From an uncultured Odoribacter sp. (GTDB lineage Bacteria; Bacteroidota; Bacteroidia; Bacteroidales; Marinifilaceae), in assembly GCA_944321165.1 (NCBI GenBank), contig CALUKE010000007.1, positions 3,961 through 67,960 on the forward strand: a stretch of DNA of 64,000 nucleotides, written 5' to 3'. A program made the position numbers and the translations under genes. Numbering within the stretch: position 1 is the first letter of the stretch; every line of letters begins with the position of its first letter. The notes under the pieces were generated by a model that made no database searches, was not told the DNA's origin, and worked only from the letters and a program-made list of their open reading frames with translations. This document shows, in pieces, positions 38,861 through 47,898 of the stretch.

Positions 38861-39349
38861 GCTGCCGTTGTCAAATTTCAGGGTTTGTTTCTTGACGGAT
38901 TGTGTGTAGGTTTGTGAGTGATCGGTATGAGTGGCGGATGCTCCCAACGGGCGTCCCAGACATTTCTGGAGAGAGGTGACGAGTTCCTGAATGTGATAAC
39001 TTTCAAACGGATAAGCATCGATGCGGTCGAGTTTCAGTAAATGGTAAGTCATATCGCTGGGCCCTAGTTTCTTGGCAATTTTGAATGGAATAATCGTTTT
39101 TTCAAATTCCAGGGCCAGGCTGATTTCATTGGCTGTATTCTCTGAGTTATTGGAATTTTCCGACCAGACAAAAAGCAGAATCTGGCTTTTGTAAACCGCT
39201 TGGGAAATGGCCTTCGCGTAAGAAGTGCCTGTATTGATTTCCTCTTTGTCGATCCAATAAGAAATGCCGGCCTCCATCAGGGCCTGTTTGATTCTTTTTA
39301 CTACTTCTTCGTCCTTTCTCGAATAGCTGATAAATACGTCGTAGTCCAT
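38270..39349 (-). CDS. TIR-domain protein fused to an array of MORN repeats
   Basis: The N-terminus YDVFISYSRKDEEVVKRI...L...GISYWID....I..G......I..A...S.ILLFV.SENS..SE.T.NEISLA is TIR-like. Residues ~164-359 form 8 full and 1 partial 23-aa Y.G.W..G...G.G repeats (MORN). Confidence 0.85.
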   Translation of the reverse strand: MDYDVFISYSRKDEEVVKRIKQALMEAGISYWIDKEEINTGTSYAKAISQAVYKSQILLFVWSENSNNSENTANEISLALEFEKTIIPFKIAKKLGPSDMTYHLLKLDRIDAYPFESYHIQELVTSLQKCLGRPLGASATHTDHSQTYTQSVKKQTLKFDNGSYFGEVIDGKLHGQGCYQWNNGDKYEGNWANGNMHGWGVYTYANGNRYEGQWVNDQKHGQGTYYWQDGSRYAGEWVENQRQGMGSYVWANGDKYVGQWEEGKMNGQGCYYFSNGNRYEGQWVDDKKQGKGTFFWTDGDRYEGEWFDDQKQGQGTYYWPNGDRYTGEWFKNQKHGKGCYTWADGTQENGRWQKNKFIG

Positions 39350-39368
39350 AAGATGTCTTTTTGTTTTA

Positions 39369-39376
39369 CAAATGTA
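39369..39376 (-). promoter_or_regulatory. -7 box (TACATTTG) candidate for the TIR-MORN gene
   Basis: The minus-strand TACATTTG lies 19 nt upstream of the ATG. The upstream element is TTTA (not TTTG) at a 21 nt spacing. Confidence 0.3.
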
Positions 39377-39414
39377 TCATTAATTTCGATATTTTACTAA
39401 AGCCTGAAAATAAA

Positions 39415-39444
39415 AGAGACCATCTCCCGGAGGGAATGGCCTCT
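39415..39444 (-). terminator. Terminator candidate after the GH2 gene
   Basis: Imperfect 9 bp outer stem (AGAGACCAT/ATGGCCTCT, one mismatch) plus an inner TCCC/GGGA pairing. A T-rich tract follows on the minus strand. Confidence 0.45.
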
Positions 39445-39486
39445 TGCTCAAAAAATCGAAATAGATGCTTACGTCGAAAAATATGG

Positions 39487-41292
39487 TTATTTCAAGATAT
39501 CGCAGATTTTTTGATTGATTTCCCGGATCTTTTCTTCATTGACTTTGATCTGTTTGCGGTCGTAAGTCATTAGTCCGTTGACTTCTCCTTCAACATCTGT
39601 GATCTGCGTGTAGACTCCGGCGGAAAAACCTCGCTGGATCAGTTCCAATAAATGTTCGGCATATTTGATGTATTCGTCGGTAACCTCTTCCGGGGTGTTG
39701 AATTTTACATAACCCCAGTTTTTGTCCGGCATCCAAAGATGATCTTTCATCACTAAACCGATCCCTCCATATTCTCCCAATACGGTGGCTCGCATCGGAT
39801 CGTACAGATACAGATCGGGGCCCGGGTAATTGTGTAAGTCGAGTATATCTCCACAGGTATAATGGTTACCTCCACTGGCAGGGTTTACCAAACGGCTTGG
39901 ATCGTAAGATTTTGTCCAGGCTGCTATTTCCGGGGTTTTGAACTGTCCCCAGGCTTCGTTGAACGGTACCCATACTCCGATGCAGGGATTGGAATACAGC
40001 AGATCGATGATTTCTTTCCATTCCCGACGATAATTGCTTTCGGATTCGGAGGAATGAATCATTTCCACGCCGTTGAAATATTGTCTGTTTTGCCATTGCG
40101 GTCCTCTGTCGCCATTCGGCATGTCTTGCCAAACGATCATACCCAGTCTGTCGCAGTGAGTATACCAGCGGGCCGGTTCGACCTTTACATGTTTACGGAT
40201 CATATTGAAACCGAAATCTTTGGCTTTTTGAATATCGTATACCAGTGCTTCATCGGTCGGAGCCGTATATAGACCGTCAGGCCACCAGCCCTGATCGAGC
40301 GGACCGAAATGAAAGATATTCTGATTGTTTAATTGCAAGCGGGTGATTCCGTTGGCATCCCGATGGATGGAATATTTGCGCATGGCAGCATAGCTGTTCA
40401 CTTCGTCCGTGATTTTTCCCTGATGGGTCAACGTGACTTTCAGGTCGTACAGGAAAGGATTTTCCGGACTCCATAGTTTGGGATTTTCGATTTTTAACTG
40501 GATGGCTTGTCCCTGTATGGCCTTACCGGTAGCAACGATCTTCTGTCCCTCGGACAATACGACTGAAATGATGTCTGACGGACAGGCGTTGGCGGTTGTT
40601 GCTTCTATGGTCAATGTTTTTTGATCGATATCCGGGGTTGTCTTCAGATAGGTAATGTGACTGGCTGCCACGGGCTCTAACCAGACGGTCTGCCAGATAC
40701 CGCTGACCGGGGTATACCAGATTCCATCCGGACGGTTTACCTGTTTCCCTCTCGGTTGATAACCTTCATCAGTCGGGTCCCATACCTTTACTGTAATCTG
40801 GTTTGATCCTTTGGTTAAGGCCGGGGTGATATCGAATGAGAAGGGGGTATAACCACCTTTGTGACTACCCATTTTTACTCCATTTACCCATACCTCTGCC
40901 TGCCAGTCGACGGCTCCGAAATGTAATAGTACATTTTTGTTTTTCCAGGATGCCGGAACGGTAAATTCCCGCGTATACCACAGTTCATTTTCTTTCCCCA
41001 AGGTTTTCATGACACCGGAAAGGCTTGATTCAACGGCGAACGGAACTAAAATTTCTCCATCCATTTCTGTCGGTTGGGCGCTGCCTGCGGGGCGAATGGC
41101 ATAGTTCCACAATCCATTCAGGTTTTTCCACTCTTTCCGTTCCATGAGCGGACGAGGATATTCCGGTAATACATGGTTCGGATCTATTTGTTCCGCCCAG
41201 GCGGTTTTTATTTTATCGCCGGCAGGTTTCCATTGGGCATGTCCGCCTAAGGCAATAGCCAGAACAATGGCTGAAAGCAGAGTTTTTTTCAT
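39487..41292 (-). CDS. Glycoside hydrolase family 2 protein
   Basis: 601 aa with a signal peptide. It has the GH2 sugar-binding, Ig-like and TIM-barrel order (W.Y.R.F..P, FGAVDW.A.VWVNG, NMIR.H, WQDMP, NE.WGQ). Confidence 0.85.
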   Translation of the reverse strand: MKKTLLSAIVLAIALGGHAQWKPAGDKIKTAWAEQIDPNHVLPEYPRPLMERKEWKNLNGLWNYAIRPAGSAQPTEMDGEILVPFAVESSLSGVMKTLGKENELWYTREFTVPASWKNKNVLLHFGAVDWQAEVWVNGVKMGSHKGGYTPFSFDITPALTKGSNQITVKVWDPTDEGYQPRGKQVNRPDGIWYTPVSGIWQTVWLEPVAASHITYLKTTPDIDQKTLTIEATTANACPSDIISVVLSEGQKIVATGKAIQGQAIQLKIENPKLWSPENPFLYDLKVTLTHQGKITDEVNSYAAMRKYSIHRDANGITRLQLNNQNIFHFGPLDQGWWPDGLYTAPTDEALVYDIQKAKDFGFNMIRKHVKVEPARWYTHCDRLGMIVWQDMPNGDRGPQWQNRQYFNGVEMIHSSESESNYRREWKEIIDLLYSNPCIGVWVPFNEAWGQFKTPEIAAWTKSYDPSRLVNPASGGNHYTCGDILDLHNYPGPDLYLYDPMRATVLGEYGGIGLVMKDHLWMPDKNWGYVKFNTPEEVTDEYIKYAEHLLELIQRGFSAGVYTQITDVEGEVNGLMTYDRKQIKVNEEKIREINQKICDILK

Positions 41293-41550
41293 GTGAATCG
41301 CATTAATTAGAATTTGATAACTATAGTTTGCTATTTACAACTTGCAACAACAAATATAATTGTTTTCGCTGATCATGAGGAGCAAATTCTATTCAAACAA
41401 AGGTAAATTTTAACCAAAATTCTTTTTTTGATTATAAATGACTATTTCCTGACCAGAATTTTAAGTTTTTGTAAAATCGGAAAAGTAGACATGCCTCAAT
41501 GGAATTGTCAAAAAAAGATCGTAGTTTTACGTTTCGAAGATAGTCGATAT

Positions 41551-42366
41551 ATGAAATATGCGTTAATTACCGGAGCTTCTTCCGGAATCGGTCTGGAGTT
41601 TGCCCGCCAACTGGCGGAACGTGCCTATGGCATAGTCATCGTCAGTAATCGGCCGGAAGAAAATCTGCATGCAGCTTCGGTTATACGACAGATTGCATTC
41701 CGGAAAAATCCAGCGGTGGGGGAAGAAGCCGTTAAGATCATTGATATGGACCTGACTCTTCCGGAGGCGGCGGCACAGATTTATTCCCAAGTACAGGCGT
41801 GGGGAATCGAGGTTGAAATACTGGTGAGCAATGCAGGCATGTTGCTGTTTTCGACCTTGACAAGAACAGCTGCACAAAAGCTGGATCAGATTATCGCCTT
41901 GCACTGTTCGACTCCTGCCAAGCTGGTCCGTCTGTTCGGGCAGGATATGCAGAAGCGCAGACAAGGGTATATTTTGCTGACCTCCTCGATGACAGCCTGG
42001 ATGCCTTATCCTACCATTTCGCATTATGGGGCGACCAAAGCGTTTTTGAAAAATTTCGCCCGTTCGGTCTGGTATGAATTTCGCCCTTATGGGATTGGTG
42101 TGACGGCCTTATTTCCCGGGGCGGTAGATACTCCGCTCTATAATCTCGATGCTTCGAAAAGAAGAATGCTTCGATTGTCGGGGATTATGCAGACTCCCGA
42201 GAAGACCGTCTCTGTCGCTTTGAGGAAATTGTTCCGAAAAAGACATCGCTGTGTTCCCGGATTTTTTACCCGATTGATTGTGATGCTTTGTGTGATGACG
42301 CCAGCCTGGGTGATAGCCTTGCTGTTGAAATTACCGGTGATAAAAAAGATTTTGGCACAGGTTTGA
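41551..42366 (+). CDS. Short-chain dehydrogenase/reductase (SDR)
   Basis: I use ATG 41551 (MKYALITGASSGIG = TGxxxGxG), and see NAG and YGATK (YxxxK). The upstream part of the track ORF has no SDR similarity. Confidence 0.85.
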   Translation: MKYALITGASSGIGLEFARQLAERAYGIVIVSNRPEENLHAASVIRQIAFRKNPAVGEEAVKIIDMDLTLPEAAAQIYSQVQAWGIEVEILVSNAGMLLFSTLTRTAAQKLDQIIALHCSTPAKLVRLFGQDMQKRRQGYILLTSSMTAWMPYPTISHYGATKAFLKNFARSVWYEFRPYGIGVTALFPGAVDTPLYNLDASKRRMLRLSGIMQTPEKTVSVALRKLFRKRHRCVPGFFTRLIVMLCVMTPAWVIALLLKLPVIKKILAQV

Positions 42367-42381
42367 TTTATCGGTAAAAAA

Positions 42382-42414
42382 CAGAAAAACCGCTGCTGTT
42401 GCAACGGTTTTCTG
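42382..42414. terminator. Hairpin between the SDR gene and the 3' end of tRNA-Leu
   Basis: CAGAAAAACCG / CGGTTTTCTG stem (one bulged A) with a 12 nt loop. Confidence 0.55.
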
Positions 42415-42426
42415 TGTGGTCGGTTG

Positions 42427-42511
42427 TACCCAGGGCGGGAATCGAACCCGCACGTCTGTTGAGGACACTGGATTTTGAGTCCAGCGCGTCTACCAATTCC
42501 GCCACCTGGGC
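42427..42511 (-). tRNA. tRNA-Leu (anticodon CAA)
   Basis: The reverse complement gives an 85 nt class II tRNA: GCCCAGGTGGCGGAATTGGTAGACGC.., anticodon loop CTCAAAA, a long variable arm, and T-arm GCGGGTTCGATTCCCGC. Confidence 0.9.
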
Positions 42512-42525
42512 AAAGAACTCGGGTG

Positions 42526-42556
42526 CAAAGGTAGATATTTTCGGATAACCTGCAAA
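42526..42556 (-). promoter_or_regulatory. Bacteroidetes-type promoter for tRNA-Leu
   Basis: The minus strand reads TTTG, 19 nt, then TACCTTTG. The -7 box ends 14 nt before the tRNA 5' end. Confidence 0.5.
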
Positions 42557-42790
42557 AAAAAAGTATATTTTTTTGAAACTTTTTTTTATGAGAAGGCGTA
42601 AAGTCGTTATATTCTTAATGTTCACTATTCATATGATGGCTGACTGGCCGGAGGAATCTGCCTCCGGCCGATTTTTTGTATCGATACTGCCGGCATGCCG
42701 CTTGTAAAATATGGATTTGGCTCGTGGGATAAGGTAAAATACTTTAAATTTGTGTTTTCAATGATTTGTTGTATGCTCAAGAGATTTTGT

Positions 42791-45046
42791 ATGAAAGCGC
42801 TTTTTTTTCTGTGCGGATGCTGGATATGGATTTGTTTTTCCTGTACGACCCAGTCGTTTCGAGAACCTTCGTTGCAGCTGATTCCTCAGCCGGCAAAAAT
42901 TTGTTTTGAAAAAGGAGAGTTTGTTTTGAATCAGCATACTCCCGTATTCGTGGCTGGCGGGGAAGAGATGGATTCGGAAGTGGAACTTTTGTCGGCTGTG
43001 ACAAGGCAGTTGGGCGGTTTTGATTTGAAGCGGGAAAAGGGAGAAAATGCCATTGTGCTGCAGTTGGATACGACTGTGGCCTGTGTCGGGAAAGAGGGAT
43101 ATCGCCTGAAGATTGAGCCGGCGGGAGTGACTTTGTCGGCACCGGAGGTTAGCGGTTTGTTTTATGGCATACAAACCTTCATACAATTGTTGAATGATCC
43201 TCAATTTTACAATGCGGAAGAGCATGCCTGGCATTTGCCGGCCATGCTGGTGGAAGATGAGCCGGCTTTCCCTTATCGGGGGTTGCATTTGGATGTTTCA
43301 CGTCACTTTTTCCCCAAGGAGTTTGTGATGAAATGCCTGGATTTGATGTCTGTCTACAAGATGAATCGTTTCCACTGGCATTTGACGGATGCTGCCGGTT
43401 GGCGGATTGAAATCAAGCGATATCCTGAGCTGACGGAGCGTGCCGCCTGGCGGACGCAGGAAAATTACATGGATTGGTGGAACGGCGATCGACACTATGC
43501 AACTTCGGATGCTCCGGGAGCTTATGGCGGATATTATACCCAGGAGGAAATCCGGGAAGTGGTGGAATATGCTGCCCGACGTCATGTGACGGTTATTCCG
43601 GAAATAGAAATGCCGGGGCATTCCGAAGAGGTGTTGGCTGTTTTCCCGCAACTGGGCTGTTATGGCCAGCCTTATCGGAATGGCGAATTGTGTATCGGTA
43701 ATGAGGCGACTTTCGAGTTTGTGGAGAATGTATTGACGGAAGTGATGGCACTTTTCCCATCGGAATACATTCATATCGGAGGAGATGAAGCCTCTGCCGC
43801 GGCGTGGGAAAAGTGTCCGAAATGTCAGAAACGGCGTCGGGAAGAGCATCTGAAGGATGAAAAGGAGTTGCAGAGTTACATGATCCATCGGGTGGAGGCT
43901 TTTCTGAATGCGAAAGGACGTAAATTGATCGGTTGGGACGAGATTCTGGACGGCGGTCTGGCTCCGGCGGCTACCGTGATGTCCTGGCGGGGAGAAAGTG
44001 GAGGAATACAGGCAGCCCGGATGGGGCATGATGTGATTATGACGCCGGGCGGATATTGTTATTTTGACAGTTATCAGGCGGATCCCCGTACACAACCGGC
44101 CGCAATCGGCGGCTTCTTGCCATATCTGAAAGTATACTCTTACCATCCGGTACCGGCAGAGCTCTCTCCGGAAGAGGCCCGGCATGTATTGGGGGCACAG
44201 GCCAACCTCTGGACCGAATACATTCCGACAACCGCCCATGCGGAGTATATGATTTTTCCGCGTTTGCTGGCTTTGTCAGAAGTCGTCTGGACGCCTCGGG
44301 AAAAGCGGGATGCTGCGGATTTTAAAAGGCGGATTGCCTGGCACATCGATTGGTTGCGGGGGAAAGGAGTGAATGTATTTGGTCTGAGCGATCGTCTGGA
44401 CTTGTTGGATGAGGTGGATACGCTTCAGCGTCGGATACGGGTTCGCTTCGATTCGGAGAAATATAAACCGGAGATACATTACACCCTGAACGGAGGGGCG
44501 GAACAGCTGTATACGGATGCTTTTTATGTAACGGATTCCGCCTGTATAGAAGCGTTTCTGGTGGAAGATGGAAAGCCTTCGGAGGAGGTGTTGCAGAAGC
44601 GCCTGGATTATCATCGGGCTGTGGGGAAAAAGGTGCATTACGAGAAACTTTATAGCAGTTCTTATCCGGCGGCCGGCGAATCGACCCTGGTGGACGGGAA
44701 ACGGGGCGGTTTGACCTATGGTGACGGGCGTTGGCAGGGGTTTCTGTCTGATGTGAATGTCACCATTGATCTGGATTCCGTGTGTGATCTCTCCTATGTT
44801 TCTGCCGGATTCATGCAGTTGATCGGGCCTGGAGTGTATATGCCGAACTTTGTTAGTGTCAGCGTTTCTGAAGATGGTGAAACGTTTCAGGAAGTGGCTC
44901 GTATAGATAACAGAGTCCCGGCTGATGAAAAACAGTTGGTTATAGAGGATTTTACAGCCCGTTTCAAGACAAGGGGGCGTTATGTGAAGTTTTTTGCCAA
45001 GCGGCAGAGAGGTTTTCAATTTATAGATGAAATCGTAATATATTGA
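42791..45046 (+). CDS. GH20 beta-N-acetylhexosaminidase with C-terminal discoidin-like domain
   Basis: I use ATG 42791 (MKALFFLCGC signal). GH20 motifs are present: RGLHLDVSRHFF, NRFHWHLTD, HIGGDE (catalytic D-E) and W.GE. The C-terminal ~150 aa look F5/8-type-C-like. Confidence 0.9.
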   Translation: MKALFFLCGCWIWICFSCTTQSFREPSLQLIPQPAKICFEKGEFVLNQHTPVFVAGGEEMDSEVELLSAVTRQLGGFDLKREKGENAIVLQLDTTVACVGKEGYRLKIEPAGVTLSAPEVSGLFYGIQTFIQLLNDPQFYNAEEHAWHLPAMLVEDEPAFPYRGLHLDVSRHFFPKEFVMKCLDLMSVYKMNRFHWHLTDAAGWRIEIKRYPELTERAAWRTQENYMDWWNGDRHYATSDAPGAYGGYYTQEEIREVVEYAARRHVTVIPEIEMPGHSEEVLAVFPQLGCYGQPYRNGELCIGNEATFEFVENVLTEVMALFPSEYIHIGGDEASAAAWEKCPKCQKRRREEHLKDEKELQSYMIHRVEAFLNAKGRKLIGWDEILDGGLAPAATVMSWRGESGGIQAARMGHDVIMTPGGYCYFDSYQADPRTQPAAIGGFLPYLKVYSYHPVPAELSPEEARHVLGAQANLWTEYIPTTAHAEYMIFPRLLALSEVVWTPREKRDAADFKRRIAWHIDWLRGKGVNVFGLSDRLDLLDEVDTLQRRIRVRFDSEKYKPEIHYTLNGGAEQLYTDAFYVTDSACIEAFLVEDGKPSEEVLQKRLDYHRAVGKKVHYEKLYSSSYPAAGESTLVDGKRGGLTYGDGRWQGFLSDVNVTIDLDSVCDLSYVSAGFMQLIGPGVYMPNFVSVSVSEDGETFQEVARIDNRVPADEKQLVIEDFTARFKTRGRYVKFFAKRQRGFQFIDEIVIY

Positions 45047-47466
45047 GAAAGTTAGCGATATTATATGTTTTTATTTTTCTGATTGGTTGCGGGACGGGAA
45101 TTTGTCAGGAGAGAACCCGGAATCAGGGAGTTGTCAAAGGGCGGATTTTTGATCAGGATACGCAGGAGGGGATTCCCTTTGCCAGTGTGGTGATCTGGGG
45201 AACGACCCTTGGGGAGGCGGCTGATGAGAATGGTTATTTCCGGATTGAGCGGGTCCCGCCGGGTTTTATCCGCTTGGAGGTCCGCTGTGTGGGATATAAG
45301 ACACGGGTCACCTCCGAATTTATGGTCAATACGGCCATCGAACACACGGAAAATGTCGGCCTGGAGGTGGAAACGGCAGCCTTGGACGCGGTAACTGTGG
45401 TGGCCGGGACTTATCGGAAAAGTGCTGACAGTCCGGTCTCCTTGCGACGGATCGGAATTGCGGAAATCGAGAAAAATCCCGGGGGCAATCGGGATATTTC
45501 GAAAGTAGTGCAGTCGATGCCCGGGGTACTCTCCTCGCCGGCTTTTCGGAATGATTTTGTGGTGAGGGGTGGCGGACCGGCGGAAAATCGTTTTTATCTG
45601 GATGAAATAGAGTTGCCCAATCTGAATCATTTTGCCACTCAGGGGGCTTCGGGCGGGGTGGTGAGTATTGTGAATGTCGATTTCGTGCGGGAGGTCCGGT
45701 TTTATTCCGGGGCATTTCCGGCTGCGGCCGGAAACATGCTCAGTTCGATGCTTGCTTTTCGGTTGATGGAAGGGAATCCCGATCGGGTCAAATGGCGGGC
45801 GACGGTTGGGGCGACAGACTATGGCTTGTCTCTGGACGGTCCCTTGACTTCGAAGACATCTTTTCTGGTATCCGCCCGGCGCAGTTATCTGAAGATGCTG
45901 TTCGGTTTTATCGGACTCCCTTTTTTGCCGGTATACAATGATTTTCAGTTTAAAACCCTGACCCGTTTGGATGAAAAGAATGAATGGACTTTCCTGGGAA
46001 TCGGGGCATACGATGTCAACCATCTGAATACCGATATGAATGATCCGGACGATCAGCAGGAATATCTGTTGAACTGGCTGCCCGAAAGCCGACAGTGGAG
46101 TTATACCGTAGGGACTACTTTCAAGCATTACGGTGACCATGGACAGCATCTGTTTGTGTTGAGCCGGAGCGGTTTGCACAATGTGATTGAGAAATACACC
46201 GATAATGACCGGAGCAAATCCAAATGGATCGATTTTCACTCCGGCGAGACGGAGAATAAATTCCGTTATGAACATCGGCGGACGCTGGATTCATATAAAC
46301 TGAATGTCGGGGCGGCGCTGGAATATGCACAATACGATAACCGGACTTTCCGGAAGATCTTTGTCGCCGGAGAGTCGGCGGCGCTCGATTATTCCCGGAG
46401 GCTGGACTTGTGGAAATGGGCGTTGTTCGGACAGCTTTCCCGAAGTTGGTGGCATGAACGCTTGTTGCTTTCTCTGGGCGTTCGGATGGATGGCTGTGAT
46501 TACCAGACAGGGACCGCCAATCTGTTCCGTCAGTTTTCTCCCCGTGTATCGGTTTCTTATGCCTGGAATGACCGATGGGCTTTGAATGGGAATTTCGGAC
46601 GCTATTATCAGTTGCCTGCTTATACCACTTTGGGATATGCCGATTCGGACGGGCGTTTGTTGAACAAACAGGCGGGAACGGGCTATATCGCTTCGAACCA
46701 CTATGTGCTGGGGGTGGAATATCGGCCGGGAAAGATGACCGATATTACTTTGGAAGGTTTTTATAAAACCTATGCCCGCTATCCGGTTTCTGTCAGCGAT
46801 TCGGTTGCTTTGGCCAATAAGGGGACCGATTATGTGGCTGTTGGAGATGAGGCGGTTGTGCCTCGCGGGGAAGGACGGGCTTATGGGGTGGAGTTGATGC
46901 TCCGGACCCAGGAATTTTACGGGATCGTGGCTTCTATGGCCTATACCTGGTATTGGTCGGAATTCAAGAAAATGGATGCTTCCCTGCAGCCCGGCGGACA
47001 ATACATTCCCAGCAGTTGGGACAACCGTCATATTTTTTCTTTGACGGCGACCCGTTCTTTCGGACGCCATTGGGATCTGGGCCTGAAATGGAGATATGTC
47101 GGCGGCGGACCTTATACTCCGTATGATCTGGAAACCTCTTCCCGGATAGCGGCCTGGGATGCCCGTCAGCAGCCTTATTATGATTATGCCCGTTTCAATA
47201 CGGAGCGTTTGCCGGCTTTTCATCAATTGGATGTGCGGGTGGATCGTAGTTTTTATTTCCGGAAATGGGCTTTGACCCTTTATGTCGATGTGCAGAATGT
47301 TTATAATTATAAGGCCTTGGGACCGGACATCTGGATGCCGGAAGAGAATGAAGACGGTAGTTATCGTCAGGACCCGGAACGGGAAGGTTATTATTTGATG
47401 CGAAGTATAAAAAATGAACTGGGCGGAACGGTTTTGCCGTCTGTCGGTATCATCGTGGATTTTTAA
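45043..47466 (+). CDS. TonB-dependent receptor with CarboxypepD_reg N-terminal domain
   Basis: 807 aa. VKGRIFDQDTQEGIPFASVVIWGT..G...DENGYF, then a plug and a barrel ending in ...GIIVDF. The apparent TTG start overlaps the GH20 stop by 4 nt. No SusD partner. Confidence 0.85.
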   Translation: MRKLAILYVFIFLIGCGTGICQERTRNQGVVKGRIFDQDTQEGIPFASVVIWGTTLGEAADENGYFRIERVPPGFIRLEVRCVGYKTRVTSEFMVNTAIEHTENVGLEVETAALDAVTVVAGTYRKSADSPVSLRRIGIAEIEKNPGGNRDISKVVQSMPGVLSSPAFRNDFVVRGGGPAENRFYLDEIELPNLNHFATQGASGGVVSIVNVDFVREVRFYSGAFPAAAGNMLSSMLAFRLMEGNPDRVKWRATVGATDYGLSLDGPLTSKTSFLVSARRSYLKMLFGFIGLPFLPVYNDFQFKTLTRLDEKNEWTFLGIGAYDVNHLNTDMNDPDDQQEYLLNWLPESRQWSYTVGTTFKHYGDHGQHLFVLSRSGLHNVIEKYTDNDRSKSKWIDFHSGETENKFRYEHRRTLDSYKLNVGAALEYAQYDNRTFRKIFVAGESAALDYSRRLDLWKWALFGQLSRSWWHERLLLSLGVRMDGCDYQTGTANLFRQFSPRVSVSYAWNDRWALNGNFGRYYQLPAYTTLGYADSDGRLLNKQAGTGYIASNHYVLGVEYRPGKMTDITLEGFYKTYARYPVSVSDSVALANKGTDYVAVGDEAVVPRGEGRAYGVELMLRTQEFYGIVASMAYTWYWSEFKKMDASLQPGGQYIPSSWDNRHIFSLTATRSFGRHWDLGLKWRYVGGGPYTPYDLETSSRIAAWDARQQPYYDYARFNTERLPAFHQLDVRVDRSFYFRKWALTLYVDVQNVYNYKALGPDIWMPEENEDGSYRQDPEREGYYLMRSIKNELGGTVLPSVGIIVDF

Positions 47467-47741
47467 ATAGCGATATGAAAAATGTGGTATTTGTCGTGTC
47501 GGCCGAAAAATTGTCCGACCAATGGAGTCAGGCCGTAGGAGAAACCCAGTCCGAACAGAATCGGTATGTTGAAAGCACTGTTGACAAAAGAGGCTGCCGC
47601 CAGGTCGAGGGTGGAGAATTGTCCGACCATGATATTGTCGGCCAGACCGACGATTACGATACCGATTTGCCCGATGACAATCGGTATGCCCAAACGGACA
47701 AGTTCCCGATAGTGTTCCTTGTAGGTAGAGAAATAATTCAT
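47463..47741 (-). pseudogene. Truncated MATE-family efflux transporter (N-terminal ~85 aa only)
   Basis: MNYFSTYKEHYRELVRLGIPIVIGQIGIVIVGLADNIMVGQ.S...LAA.SF.N....P..FG.GFSYGLTPLVGQFFG is a typical MATE N-terminus. The ORF stops after 92 aa, exactly at the 3' end of the TonB-receptor gene. Confidence 0.6.
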
Positions 47742-47898
47742 GTCTGGAAAGAATCATTTGACAGTTGCCAAAAATAGCGACTTTTTTTATTCCTCCAGCT
47801 GTTTGCTTTTGTTTTTCTACGGCCTGTTTCTTTCTTTTTATATTTGGAGCATAGCTTTTTGTTTTGTAACTTGCCCTCATTAAGCGGAGTTGTTTTAA

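Noticed and set aside
38214-42511. Possible genomic island integrated at the 3' end of tRNA-Leu, which would make SDR, GH2 and the TIR-MORN gene island cargo.
   Set aside because: There is no integrase, recombinase or transposase in the window. I found no direct repeat of the tRNA 3' end in the intergenic regions at 38.2, 39.4 or 41.3-41.5 kb.
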